Origin: a virus
Virus record (IMG/VR): IMGVR_UViG_3300020429_000529
Span: 454,762 to 498,568 of that record
Strand: one strand, 5' to 3'
Length of the DNA: 43,807 bases
This document shows, one piece after another, positions 16,290-25,829 of this stretch. Within the stretch, counting starts at the first letter, position 1. Each line of letters opens with the position of its first letter. The translations under genes were made by a program, and so were the position numbers. Below the pieces are notes generated by a model. That model was not told the DNA's origin and made no database searches. It saw only the letters and a list, made by a program, of their open reading frames with translations.

Positions 16290-16328
16290 ACGGGCACGGT
16301 CCTTGCACAACGGGCCGTGCCTTTTTTC
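16290..16328 (+). terminator. rho-independent terminator
   Basis: GGCACGG...CCGTGCC followed by TTTTTTC. Confidence 0.7.
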
Positions 16329-16383
16329 TCGCCACTGACAATTCGAACCTGCCGCTACGCTGTACCTCAAACAGGAGACAGCC

Positions 16384-16590
16384 ATGAGCTTCGGAACCCC
16401 TCCCGAGAACCCGCCCAATAGCACGGCGGTCTGCATTGATGTTCCGCAGGAAATGACCCCCGAACAGCAGCGGGATTTCGCTCAGCGGATGAGCCGAGCC
16501 GCCCGAGAGATGGGCTTCGATGGCGCTCAGGCGATATGGGTGCAGTCATACGGCGACCGCTTCGGCGATCCCGTCTTCTACATCCCATGA
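16384..16590 (+). CDS. hypothetical protein (68 aa)
   Basis: Shine-Dalgarno site CAGGAGACA. The stop TGA lies inside CCACTGAC. Confidence 0.55.
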   Translation: MSFGTPPENPPNSTAVCIDVPQEMTPEQQRDFAQRMSRAAREMGFDGAQAIWVQSYGDRFGDPVFYIP

Positions 16591-16622
16591 CCCACTGACA
16601 TCAGAACAAGGATGTAAGAACC

Positions 16623-16901
16623 ATGTGCGAAGGCAATTACAAGATCAAGTTCCGTTGTCCCGACGAGACATGCGGCGGAGAAGTTCTCGAAGAGGTTATG
16701 GTTGACGTTACTCAGTCGTCCAACCTCAACGAGATCACGGATGAGGGCGACATCGAGTATGGCGATACGAGCGCCGATGGCGGAGTCGTAGATCGTTACC
16801 AGTGCATGCGCTGCGGCAAGGTGGTTCCGCTCGGCGATGATCCTCAGCCCGATGACCTGTTCGCCTGGCTTCGCGACAACAACATGTTGGAGCAGGCATG
16901 A
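16623..16901 (+). CDS. zinc-ribbon protein (92 aa)
   Basis: CPDETCGG...CMRCG. CACTGAC, then 23 nt, then ATG. Confidence 0.55.
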   Translation: MCEGNYKIKFRCPDETCGGEVLEEVMVDVTQSSNLNEITDEGDIEYGDTSADGGVVDRYQCMRCGKVVPLGDDPQPDDLFAWLRDNNMLEQA

Positions 16902-17224
16902 TGATGGGCATGTCCATGTCGATGCAGATGCTCTGCACGGTCTGTCAGCAGCCTATTACGGGCCCTGACGCCGATCAGAACGCTGTCCATGTTGCGCTCG
17001 TTGGAGCGTGTCACAAGAACTCATCGGCTTGCTGCAAATGCCATCAACCTGTAGGCGTTGAGAGTCAGACCTCCGCCTACAAGCGGCGCTGGCGCGACTA
17101 CATGAAGCTGTTTGCTGCTCGTCGGCTGAGAGAGATCGCCGATGCGGGCACTGACATGACGAGTTTGCATCTTGAGGAACTGAGAACGATCGCCAACTTC
17201 CTTGATGGAGGCTCGCAGCTATGA
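16898..17224 (+). CDS. Cys-rich hypothetical protein (108 aa)
   Basis: ATGA overlap with the upstream gene. Contains CTVCQQ...CCKCHQ. Confidence 0.5.
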   Translation: MMMGMSMSMQMLCTVCQQPITGPDADQNAVHVALVGACHKNSSACCKCHQPVGVESQTSAYKRRWRDYMKLFAARRLREIADAGTDMTSLHLEELRTIANFLDGGSQL

Positions 17225-17457
17225 AGTATTACCTGGTCTTTGTTACGGGCTGCACTGAGCCGTCCCATGAAGCAGTCGATTCGCATGAGCATGGCCTGCG
17301 CCGCTACTGCGAAGACCTCATCAGCGGCGAATGCGATGAGGGCACTGATTGCGCCTTCATGCTTCAGATCGACGACAAGGGAGAGCCCAACACCTACGCT
17401 TTCTCGAACTCGGAGGTCGAGGAGATGCGGGCTCAGTTGGAAGGAGACCCCGAATGA
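17221..17457 (+). CDS. hypothetical protein (78 aa)
   Basis: ATGA overlap with the upstream gene. Confidence 0.5.
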   Translation: MKYYLVFVTGCTEPSHEAVDSHEHGLRRYCEDLISGECDEGTDCAFMLQIDDKGEPNTYAFSNSEVEEMRAQLEGDPE

Positions 17458-17696
17458 GCAAGAGAACTGTCCTTCTCCGCTCGGACCATCCTGGCGAGGA
17501 CGAGGCGTACACCATCTGCGCTGTCGAGATCGACACCGATTCGATCACTCTCGATGACTTCGAGAAGCGGGCCACAGCCATGATGGACGAGATTCGGGAG
17601 CGTCCCGAGTACGAGGACAGCGAACTTGTCGTCGCCCTCGAACGCGCTGGCTTCAGCGTCGTTCCTGCGCCGACCGAGATCATCGTCCGCAGTTGA
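17454..17696 (+). CDS. hypothetical protein (80 aa)
   Basis: ATGAGCAAG start overlaps the upstream stop. The stop lies inside TGACACTGAC. Confidence 0.5.
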   Translation: MSKRTVLLRSDHPGEDEAYTICAVEIDTDSITLDDFEKRATAMMDEIRERPEYEDSELVVALERAGFSVVPAPTEIIVRS

Positions 17697-17740
17697 CACT
17701 GACGATCCGGCGACGGGTCAGAAGCGAAGGAGCAACAACT

Positions 17741-18391
17741 ATGGACGACTCAGGTCAAACCCAACTCGCAGACGGAACCACTCGCATCCAGTTCGTGCCG
17801 ACGCATCAGCAGTTGACCAAGATCGCTGATGACATGGCGGGCCTTGTTGATACCTACAGTCACAATGCGCCCGAAATCGACGCAAATCTCGGCAGCGACA
17901 GGTTCAGAAGGCGAGCGAGAGAACTCGAACTTGATATCGAGCAGCTTCGGCTCATCGCCGCCAAGCTCGAACGAGAGCCTGATCCTGGCGTTCTGGCTGA
18001 TCGCATCTACAACTGGCTCAAGGACTGGGTGACCGCAACTTTCGCGGGCAAGGACATGACCAAGAGCGGTCCCTTCCTGACGCCTGGCTTCGTCCACAAC
18101 GCCATCCTCGACATCCTGACCGATCAGTACCGCCATCTCGACTCTGTTCAGCGAGAAGCGATCACCGACATGACGGCGCAAGTCATGGTCGCCCGAGGCA
18201 ACGATAATGTCACGCTGCTTACGGGCACCGGCCCCGCGAGGGCGTTGATGGTTCGAGAGGGTTGGTCGATTGCGCAGATGCTCGAATACTGCGGCTTCGA
18301 CGAGGGCAACCTTCGTCAGCGGCTCGACTTCGATCCCGACACCGGCGGAGATTGGTACACTGACGATGACGACGAGGCAGAGAGCGAATGA
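17741..18391 (+). CDS. hypothetical protein (216 aa)
   Basis: GAAGGAGC Shine-Dalgarno site. The start was moved in from the ORF-track TTG. Confidence 0.6.
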   Translation: MDDSGQTQLADGTTRIQFVPTHQQLTKIADDMAGLVDTYSHNAPEIDANLGSDRFRRRARELELDIEQLRLIAAKLEREPDPGVLADRIYNWLKDWVTATFAGKDMTKSGPFLTPGFVHNAILDILTDQYRHLDSVQREAITDMTAQVMVARGNDNVTLLTGTGPARALMVREGWSIAQMLEYCGFDEGNLRQRLDFDPDTGGDWYTDDDDEAESE

Positions 18392-18840
18392 GAATCATCA
18401 CCGTCAACGACATGACCTTCGAGAACGCCGGCGACGTTCGCATCGACGTTCGGATCGAGGGCATCGGCTCTCTCCTTGTCAACTGCACGAGCGAGGGCGT
18501 CATCATCGACGCTTTCGGCGAGGACGGAGAGCAGATCGGGACATCTTCTGAGATGTTCGACGAGATCCATGAGCGGCTCCGCCTCAAAGAGGCTCGCTTC
18601 GCAGCGGCAGCGCAGATCAACGCCGCCATCGACGAGCTTCCCCAAAGCCGACAGGCTGAGATCCAAGCTGTCCTGGACGAACTGACCGACGACATGAAGG
18701 GCAGCGAGCGAGCGGACCTCAACAACGGCGCTGGCGTCGAGCAGATCGAATACCTGCTGACGAGCCATGCTGATGTTGAGCAGGCGGTCGCTTCGTTGAA
18801 GAATGACCTCGAAAACAATGGCGTTGGACTCGGGCACTGA
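18388..18840 (+). CDS. hypothetical protein (150 aa)
   Basis: ATGA overlap with the upstream gene. Confidence 0.55.
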   Translation: MRIITVNDMTFENAGDVRIDVRIEGIGSLLVNCTSEGVIIDAFGEDGEQIGTSSEMFDEIHERLRLKEARFAAAAQINAAIDELPQSRQAEIQAVLDELTDDMKGSERADLNNGAGVEQIEYLLTSHADVEQAVASLKNDLENNGVGLGH

Positions 18841-18857
18841 CTGAGATCAAGGACGAC

Positions 18858-19589
18858 ATGAGCATGAACGACAGAGAACGACAGACCGTTGCCGCAGCGC
18901 TCCAATACTGGAACGACATGGAAATGTCTCGACTGGTCGAGGAATCCATGACGAGCGAGGAAGCCAATGACGCTGCTGGTCGCTATCGTCCCTTCTTCGA
19001 CGCTCACTACCCTCTCAACGGTGATGAGATCGCAGCCCTTGTCGAGCGGACGCTGAAGGGCGACAACTTCTCGCAGTTCGGCTATGAGATCAGCGGCGGC
19101 TATATCTCTTTCCCCGACCATGATGACGGCACCATCCGCCGCGTCGATGACGACGGCAACACGATGGAGATTCGTCGCTGGGGCGATGATAACTACGACG
19201 AATGGGCCGAGTTGTTTGTCAACTACCCCGCCTTCGTCGCTCTGCGCATCGCTCGAACGATCGAGGCTGTTCAGTTGCGGTACTCCAAGCAGGGCGCGTC
19301 TGACACTGAGCCTGACTACCAGATCCATCAGATCATGCGCCTGGCAGCGGACGGGCACCCTTACGACGACTCGATTCGGTTCGACTTGTATTGGTCGGGC
19401 GCTGATGCCGAGATGCAGGAGGCTTGCGAACAGGGCAACACCGAGCTTCACAACGCCTGTCGTTTCGCTCATAGCGAGATCGAGCGTATGAGGTCGAACA
19501 TCCCTGCTTCGGAGTTCGCCGACTTCCGCAACTCGCTCGCCGAGACATTTGATCGGGTCGATTGGGGCGTCAACATCGCCACTGACTGA
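18858..19589 (+). CDS. hypothetical protein (243 aa)
   Basis: CACTGAC is upstream and the start is ATGAGCATGAAC. Confidence 0.6.
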   Translation: MSMNDRERQTVAAALQYWNDMEMSRLVEESMTSEEANDAAGRYRPFFDAHYPLNGDEIAALVERTLKGDNFSQFGYEISGGYISFPDHDDGTIRRVDDDGNTMEIRRWGDDNYDEWAELFVNYPAFVALRIARTIEAVQLRYSKQGASDTEPDYQIHQIMRLAADGHPYDDSIRFDLYWSGADAEMQEACEQGNTELHNACRFAHSEIERMRSNIPASEFADFRNSLAETFDRVDWGVNIATD

Positions 19590-19611
19590 TCGAGCATAGG
19601 GGAGCAGCATG
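19579..19611 (+). promoter_or_regulatory. representative CCACTGAC, 22 nt, ATGAGC start cassette
   Basis: CCACTGAC at 19579-19586. ATG at 19609. Confidence 0.6.
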
Positions 19612-20202
19612 AGCCGAACAGCCAAACTCAGAGAACAGATCGAAGCCCTCGGACTCGAAGATCCCTCCATCGTTGAGCGGATCGTCGGTCAGGCAGACCA
19701 CTTCCTCTCAGCATCGCAGAGCTTTGTCGAGCAAGGACAGCAGGTCGAAATGTGCTTCTTCCTTATCCCCCGAGAAGGGGATATCAGTATGTTCATGCCT
19801 TCGGTTTCGATGATCGGTCTGCCGAAGATGAACGTTCAGCAAGAGAAGGATGTGGTCGCTTCGGCGGTTCGCCAGCTTGCGAGCGAGAGCAAGGCGATTG
19901 CTGTCATCCATATCGCCGAGGCTTGGGGATTGAGTCTTCAGCGCGAAGATATCACGCAGGACGATATCGACTTCGTTCAGCGCAACGGCGTTGCCGCCCA
20001 CCCCAAGGCCGTCGAAATGGTCCATTGTCAGGTTAGCCTCAACTGCCGAGGTCAGGGCAACGAGTTCGTCGCTGCCTACCAGATCGAGGGAGAGAAGGAC
20101 AACCGAACGATGACCGAGCATACGCCTTGGACTCGAACTCGGGCGCAGGGGCAAGGCGGTCGTTTCAATATCGAGGCTCATTACCTCGAACCACTGACCT
20201 GA
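19609..20202 (+). CDS. hypothetical protein (197 aa)
   Basis: CCACTGAC at 19579-19586, then 22 nt, then ATGAGC. Confidence 0.6.
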   Translation: MSRTAKLREQIEALGLEDPSIVERIVGQADHFLSASQSFVEQGQQVEMCFFLIPREGDISMFMPSVSMIGLPKMNVQQEKDVVASAVRQLASESKAIAVIHIAEAWGLSLQREDITQDDIDFVQRNGVAAHPKAVEMVHCQVSLNCRGQGNEFVAAYQIEGEKDNRTMTEHTPWTRTRAQGQGGRFNIEAHYLEPLT

Positions 20203-20220
20203 TCGGGAGGCTTCGAGATC

Positions 20221-20523
20221 ATGGCAAACCTTTCTCGCAAACCCGGTAAGAACACCACTCCCGTCAGGCACGGCGAACGCCATATCTTCGGCTTCCTCGT
20301 CGCCTCGTCGAGCGGTCGCAGCAACTACAAGATCAGCTTCGACTCTGCGCCTGGTTCAATGTGCTGGGTCTGCTCTTGTCCTGGCTGCATCCGTCACGGG
20401 CAGTGCAAGCATCTTACCGCCGCCGGTCTGCGAGGCCGCAAGTTCGGCAAGCAGCCCCTTCCTCAGAAGGCAGAGGGCGAGCGGGCGCAGCGCAGCGGCA
20501 AGGCTCTGCCTGCCGGGAGTTGA
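20221..20523 (+). CDS. SWIM-type zinc-finger protein (100 aa)
   Basis: CWVCSCPGCIRHGQCKH fits the CxC, Xn, CxH pattern. CCACTGAC at 20191-20198, then 22 nt, then ATGGCAAAC. Confidence 0.6.
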   Translation: MANLSRKPGKNTTPVRHGERHIFGFLVASSSGRSNYKISFDSAPGSMCWVCSCPGCIRHGQCKHLTAAGLRGRKFGKQPLPQKAEGERAQRSGKALPAGS

Positions 20524-20570
20524 GCCACTGATAAATCAGGTATGCGTTTCCTACCAGCAAAGGAGCAAAC

Positions 20571-21722
20571 ATGCAAACGCATATCTCGATCGCATCAACC
20601 AACGCATCATCCGTCAGCGGCCTCATCGACTGCGTAGCGAGCCATCTTGAGCCGTTCGTTGCTCCCGCCGAGGGTCGAACGGTCGCTGAGAAGATCTCGT
20701 CCATCATCTTTGGGACGGGCAAATCCCGCATCGGCAAGGCTCCCACCCCCGACCAGCAGAGCTTCATGGTCAAGCTGATCGACCGATTTGTCAAGGTCGG
20801 CGCTCCGATCGAGATGCTTGGGATGTGGTCTGCCGTCAAGGGATTCGGACTCGATCGCACCCGTTTCGGCGTCGATGTGATGGACCTGATCTCGCTGCGA
20901 CGGTTCACCTCTGTCGCCGATCAGGTTCAGAGCGTCTACGAGCCCGGCATGAACATCCGTCTTGTCCGAGAGGACATCGGCGAGCGAGTTCTGACGGGCG
21001 AACCTGATACCCTCGATGAGCAGATCGCAGCGTACAGCGGCGAGCTTGATTGTCTCGTTAACATGCTCGGGATCTCCGAGTCTGTGTCGTTCGATGATGA
21101 GTCTCGCATTCTGATTGAGCGAGGCGCAACGCCCGATGAGTTCCTTGCTCTTGGTCGGGAGTTCACGACCAAGCTTGTTTCTTACTGGTTCGCTTCGGAC
21201 TCGCTGCCCGAGGACGCCCACTACGCCATGCCTGAGTTTCAGGAGCTTGAGGCGGCGATGGGCTGGCGCGGCGCTCTTGACCAGAGCATGAGGGACTACT
21301 ACCTGTCGAGGGCTGGCAACTCGTATCCCTCCATGACCAAGCCTCAACTGGCGGAGATGGTCTGCACCTACCTCGGCTACGCCAAGGCTCGGGGCCGCTT
21401 CGACTTTTTCCGCGGAACATTCGAGGATGGCGAAGGCGCGATCTCGCCCGTTCGAGTCTCGCTTGTTCCCTACCCCAAGGGGACCGATGCTTCGATGATG
21501 ATGGGTCGGGTCGTCTACAAGGTCAAGGACAGCCGCAACAGCAACAACACGATCGCCCCTTGGTGCGGCTTCGGCGCTGCCAATCGCAAGGATGACGGGC
21601 ACTACAATCCCTCCATCTATCGTACATCGGAATGCCGAGACGCATGGGCTGAGACAGAGCTTCGATTGGACGGCCCCAACGGTTCGAGCATCATCCGTTG
21701 CGATATCTGCGAGGCTGCCTAA
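20571..21722 (+). CDS. hypothetical protein (383 aa)
   Basis: Shine-Dalgarno site AAAGGAGC. GC3 is high. Confidence 0.7.
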   Translation: MQTHISIASTNASSVSGLIDCVASHLEPFVAPAEGRTVAEKISSIIFGTGKSRIGKAPTPDQQSFMVKLIDRFVKVGAPIEMLGMWSAVKGFGLDRTRFGVDVMDLISLRRFTSVADQVQSVYEPGMNIRLVREDIGERVLTGEPDTLDEQIAAYSGELDCLVNMLGISESVSFDDESRILIERGATPDEFLALGREFTTKLVSYWFASDSLPEDAHYAMPEFQELEAAMGWRGALDQSMRDYYLSRAGNSYPSMTKPQLAEMVCTYLGYAKARGRFDFFRGTFEDGEGAISPVRVSLVPYPKGTDASMMMGRVVYKVKDSRNSNNTIAPWCGFGAANRKDDGHYNPSIYRTSECRDAWAETELRLDGPNGSSIIRCDICEAA

Positions 21723-21752
21723 ACACTGACGATGAAAGGGCGCAGCGAAACC

Positions 21753-21932
21753 ATGACTCTTAGAAAGCTCATCTTCGAGGCTGTTGTCTTGATTCTGTTC
21801 TTGTGCTACTTGTTTAGCATCATCGTTCTGGCGTTGCAGTTCGCAGGTCCGATTAGGCCCTTTGCATGGGTATGCGTTATTCTCGGATCACTGATCGTCG
21901 TTTATCCCGGCCTTCGTAAGATACTGAAGTAG
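21753..21932 (+). CDS. small two-helix membrane protein, holin-like (59 aa)
   Basis: CACTGAC, then 22 nt, then ATG. Local GC is lower. The sequence has two hydrophobic helices. Confidence 0.5.
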   Translation: MTLRKLIFEAVVLILFLCYLFSIIVLALQFAGPIRPFAWVCVILGSLIVVYPGLRKILK

Positions 21933-21940
21933 GAGGCATC

Positions 21941-22285
21941 ATGGGTATTTGGGACGATCCGCACGGCTACAACGCAAACCGCTACGGCGAGCCAGATGCG
22001 CCCGGTACGCCTGCCCAATGGAAGGCTGCCTATGAGGATGTCATGGGCCGCGCCGAGGCCGAGGAAGTTCTGAGCGGATCGAAGCGTCGAGGTTCGCCCG
22101 AGCAGAAGGCGAGAACGATCCTCAAGATCACGATCGAAACACTGACTGTCGATACGGTCAAGGCGGCTTATCGCAAGCTGGTATTCAAGGTCCATCCCGA
22201 CCACGGCGGCGATGCCGAACAGTTCAAGGAAGTCCACGCGGCGTACTCGCTGCTGATGGATGCGCTCGGAGCGAATGTCAAATGA
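21941..22285 (+). CDS. J-domain (DnaJ-like) co-chaperone protein
   Basis: Shine-Dalgarno site AGGAGG. AAYRKLVFKVHPDHGGDAEQFKEVHAAYSLL contains the canonical HPD tripeptide. Confidence 0.8.
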   Translation: MGIWDDPHGYNANRYGEPDAPGTPAQWKAAYEDVMGRAEAEEVLSGSKRRGSPEQKARTILKITIETLTVDTVKAAYRKLVFKVHPDHGGDAEQFKEVHAAYSLLMDALGANVK

Positions 22286-22734
22286 GAACCATGTTTGCTA
22301 CAGGATGGCGTTGGGGGCAGAAGCATCTGCCGAACGAAATCCTCCTGAGTCAGTTCCCTCTGATTTTCAGGTTGTTTGTTCTCGACTTCCTGCTGCTTTT
22401 GGTATTTCTCTGCGTCGGCTACATCTGTCTTGCTTTGGACATGTTGTTCATCATGCCGTACCTCGCCGGCGCATACGCCCTTCTTCTCATCGGCACGCCC
22501 TTCATCGCAGGCTACTACGACCCGTTAAACCGGGCGAAGCGTTTGACTTGGGGCACTTACGGTCTGCATGAGAGCGGCGACATTCATAAGCTCGGCCCTG
22601 GTCCGCTGCGACAGGTGAGGCTCGGCGATTGCGACAGCGATCATCTTCGCAACATTCTGCGGACTCAGCATCAGATCACTGACAGGTATCGTACTGCGAT
22701 CAACCTGATACTTGAATCAAGGGAGACCGCATGA
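22282..22734 (+). CDS. membrane protein (150 aa)
   Basis: ATGA overlap with the upstream gene. Multiple hydrophobic helices. Confidence 0.55.
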   Translation: MRTMFATGWRWGQKHLPNEILLSQFPLIFRLFVLDFLLLLVFLCVGYICLALDMLFIMPYLAGAYALLLIGTPFIAGYYDPLNRAKRLTWGTYGLHESGDIHKLGPGPLRQVRLGDCDSDHLRNILRTQHQITDRYRTAINLILESRETA

Positions 22735-23279
22735 AACCGAACCGAGTCACTACAGTCGCAACGCTGAGCGGAGACATGGGCTCTCTTGGCAGAGCTTCCA
22801 ACAAGCTGTTCTGCCAGCGAGATTTCCCTCTGTTCTACTGCGAGCAGGAGTATGTCGAGGGAGCGCCCGAGGATCTCGACTACGACCGCATGATTCAGGC
22901 CGACAGCGATCGGATCTCGGGATGGGACTACGAACACGCTCGCCGAGTCAGCGAGAAGTTCTTCGGGCGAGGCGGCTACTCAGGTCATGATATCATGGGT
23001 CTGAGCGAGCCGAAGCGGATCGAGTTTTTGCGCGAGATTCTGAAGGCCGACGAGCATTACCCCGACCGAGAGTGGACGGGCTACCGAGTGACGGGCACCG
23101 TCAACGTCAGCAACGGCTTTCCCATCTACTCGCTCTGGCTGTTCAGCAAGGGACGCAAGACCGAAACCGAAGTCAACGCCCCGAACACAGCCATCAGCCG
23201 AGAAGAAGCTCAGCAGCAAGACTGGCGGAACCGAGACACGCTCCGCGCTGCACTGACCGAGGAGGAGGCCAAGGCCTGA
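22731..23279 (+). CDS. hypothetical protein (182 aa)
   Basis: ATGA overlap with the upstream gene. Confidence 0.55.
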   Translation: MKPNRVTTVATLSGDMGSLGRASNKLFCQRDFPLFYCEQEYVEGAPEDLDYDRMIQADSDRISGWDYEHARRVSEKFFGRGGYSGHDIMGLSEPKRIEFLREILKADEHYPDREWTGYRVTGTVNVSNGFPIYSLWLFSKGRKTETEVNAPNTAISREEAQQQDWRNRDTLRAALTEEEAKA

Positions 23280-23280
23280 C

Positions 23281-23652
23281 ATGATCGAAGTCAAGCAATC
23301 AACCGAGGGTACGGCAGTTCGGACGGACTACATCGACGGCGATCAGTTCGTCTCGATCATCCACGACAACGGCGCTACCTCTGTCTCATCCAACCTGTCC
23401 GACGCCTGCCAATGGTGCGGTCAGGTCCATTGCTACCTCGAATGCGAGGACTCAAGGGAGGCACTGAACGGCGATCAGGATGCCGCTGCTGACCTTCGAG
23501 AGGATGAGGCCGAGCGCGAGCGGTTCAACCTCATAGTCGATGGTATCGAAGCTCTCCTCATGACGATGGCTGGCGAGGGCGTGGACATGAACAACGAAGC
23601 GATCGCCCGAGCGGTGTTCGCTGCTGTAGAGGGAGCCGCCAACAATGCCTAA
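23281..23652 (+). CDS. hypothetical protein (123 aa)
   Basis: Tightly packed with its neighbours. Confidence 0.5.
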   Translation: MIEVKQSTEGTAVRTDYIDGDQFVSIIHDNGATSVSSNLSDACQWCGQVHCYLECEDSREALNGDQDAAADLREDEAERERFNLIVDGIEALLMTMAGEGVDMNNEAIARAVFAAVEGAANNA

Positions 23653-24202
23653 GCTGATCGACAGCATCGACAATCCCGATCCGATGGGTCGCCCTTGCTA
23701 CAAGAAGGGCGGCGCAACCATGATGATCACTCCGCCCAACGGAGACCATCGAGAAGTCGATCCGAGCGCGACCTCGCCGTGGAACAACAACTACATCCAG
23801 TTCGCCCGTCTGCTTTCCGAGATCTGCGCCGAAGGCATCGGCGAAGCTCTTTGGGATGGCATCCTCGAACAAATGGGCATCGAGTCGGATGATCTGTCTG
23901 ACCTGCTCGATCGGGCGCAGGACGTATTCGAGCGAGAGAAGCGGTTGACGCTCAGCGATGCGCAGGCACGATGGGGCGTTCAGCATCAGATGGACGACGA
24001 GCCGACATACCTCGTCGATCTGGTCAACGATCCCGATGGCGACAACGCTATCGAGTTCCCTGCTGCTCTGCCCTGGCAGTTGCGTTTGTTCGCTGCTCGG
24101 ATGCTGGCGCTGATCCTCAACACGGACGGGCGTTACTGCCATCCCGAAGCCAAGGGGCTGTACGAGATCACTGACGCCATCCGTACTCGGCCTCAGTCAT
24201 GA
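23645..24202 (+). CDS. hypothetical protein (185 aa)
   Basis: Overlaps both neighbours. Confidence 0.55.
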   Translation: MPKLIDSIDNPDPMGRPCYKKGGATMMITPPNGDHREVDPSATSPWNNNYIQFARLLSEICAEGIGEALWDGILEQMGIESDDLSDLLDRAQDVFEREKRLTLSDAQARWGVQHQMDDEPTYLVDLVNDPDGDNAIEFPAALPWQLRLFAARMLALILNTDGRYCHPEAKGLYEITDAIRTRPQS

Positions 24203-24744
24203 CCACAGCCGCAGAAATCCAGCGCATCGACGACGACGAAGCCATCCGCCGCATCAACAACTTTCTCGAAGCCGCGGACCTCGACGACCTGGCAACCGTT
24301 CTCTCTCAGTTCTGCGAGAACGGGCCGATCGCTGTCACCGATGACTCGGGCGAGTCCGATGTCTTTGAGGACGGTAAGCGAGTTCAGACCACGCCCTTCC
24401 GTATCACAGCGCAGTCGTACTCGGATGACCGCAACGTTGACGTTCGGTACGATGCGTTCGATTGGTTTCGGCAGGCGTCTGCCGAGGACATCTACGCTCT
24501 CGCCGAATGCGGTTGGGGCGGAGACTATCCCGCCGACGCAATCGCTCAGTTCTTCGCTGAGAAGCTGGAAGGGGTCGCTGAGATTTTCGCGCACATCGAG
24601 AATGTCAGCGACACCCGCAACTCGGTCGGCCATGAAACCCATGTCGATGCAACGGAGGCACTGACATGGCTCGACGCCAACCGACCTGACGTTGCAGAGG
24701 CAATCCGCCGCAACGAGAACATCGACACCACCAAGAGGCTGTGA
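24199..24744 (+). CDS. acidic hypothetical protein (181 aa)
   Basis: ATGA overlap with the upstream gene. Confidence 0.55.
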   Translation: MTTAAEIQRIDDDEAIRRINNFLEAADLDDLATVLSQFCENGPIAVTDDSGESDVFEDGKRVQTTPFRITAQSYSDDRNVDVRYDAFDWFRQASAEDIYALAECGWGGDYPADAIAQFFAEKLEGVAEIFAHIENVSDTRNSVGHETHVDATEALTWLDANRPDVAEAIRRNENIDTTKRL

Positions 24745-25008
24745 ATGCGTTCCATCAACTCTCTGACCAATGACGAAATCGGACGGGCCATGCGGAAGCT
24801 GCTCGTTGGCACTGACTCGCAAGGCGGGTTGGATCTTGACCTCCTCCATACGCAGAAGCAAGACCTTCTCCGTCGCATCGACGAGGACGGAGGCGACACA
24901 GCCGACGCAGAGGGGCTCATCGGTTTCCTCGACGCCTTCCAGGACATCTGCGCTGATGAACTGGGCGTTTGGGAGTTTCCCACTGACAGCGACCAAGAAG
25001 AGGACTAA
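24745..25008 (+). CDS. acidic hypothetical protein (87 aa)
   Basis: Tightly packed with its neighbours. Confidence 0.5.
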   Translation: MRSINSLTNDEIGRAMRKLLVGTDSQGGLDLDLLHTQKQDLLRRIDEDGGDTADAEGLIGFLDAFQDICADELGVWEFPTDSDQEED

Positions 25009-25010
25009 AC

Positions 25011-25517
25011 ATGCCCTGTAGAAGCGATCACATGGAACCGAACGCCCGCGAAGCTGAGTCGCAGCGCGTGGCTCAGCATCTCCTTTACATCCTGCCCGCC
25101 CTCGAACGACAGGTTCCTCCCGGCGTCGGCGCTGCGGCATCGAGCATCTACGGCGACAGAGACAGCCTCGACGAATGGACCGCCCTCCTTTGCTCGACAT
25201 GCAAGGAGGTTGAATCGGACCCGCCCAGCGCCGAAGCGTACCTATACAACGGTCGCAAGGCGCAGGCTCGGAGGCTCGCCGATTGGTGGGATCAGCACAA
25301 GGCTGCCGACGCTCGCCGAGAAGAAGCCGAGGCGGAGGCAGATGAGAGGGCTCGCACTGAACCGCTGCTGGCGATCCTGAAAGCGAACGGGCACGATCCC
25401 GAAACAATGGTCAGCACTGACACGGGCGAGCGTACCGCCCTACAAGTTCTTGAGTCGCAAGTCGGTCATGCGCTCGATCTTATCGAGGGGACCGAGGAAG
25501 CTCAGATCCCGGAGTAA
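25011..25517 (+). CDS. hypothetical protein (168 aa). Its C-terminal module is paralogous to the 29824 protein.
   Basis: The C-terminus ...NGHDPETMVSTDTGERTALQVLE... resembles 29824-29982. Confidence 0.55.
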   Translation: MPCRSDHMEPNAREAESQRVAQHLLYILPALERQVPPGVGAAASSIYGDRDSLDEWTALLCSTCKEVESDPPSAEAYLYNGRKAQARRLADWWDQHKAADARREEAEAEADERARTEPLLAILKANGHDPETMVSTDTGERTALQVLESQVGHALDLIEGTEEAQIPE

Positions 25518-25520
25518 GAC

Positions 25521-25829
25521 ATGCTCAACAAGATCCCGTTCTTTGGCTGGATTCTCACCGCCATCGCCGCTATCGGCCTCGCTGTTCCGTTCTGGCTCTG
25601 TTGGACGATCGGCGGCATCGGCGCAACCTTCTTTGGAGCGTGGCTGCCCGCTCAGTTCGTTGCGCCTGGCTTCTGGCAGATTTTTGGTCTGTTCATCTGC
25701 CTCGGCATCTTCAAGTGGATTCTGTCCTGCATCACGCCGCGGTTCGCCGTTGTTAGCGTCAGCAACGACAGCACTTCCAAGTCGAAAAACCAGAACGCCT
25801 CTGTCAAGGCGCAGGGTCCTGCACAATGA
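25521..25829 (+). CDS. membrane protein (102 aa)
   Basis: Three hydrophobic helices. Confidence 0.5.
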   Translation: MLNKIPFFGWILTAIAAIGLAVPFWLCWTIGGIGATFFGAWLPAQFVAPGFWQIFGLFICLGIFKWILSCITPRFAVVSVSNDSTSKSKNQNASVKAQGPAQ

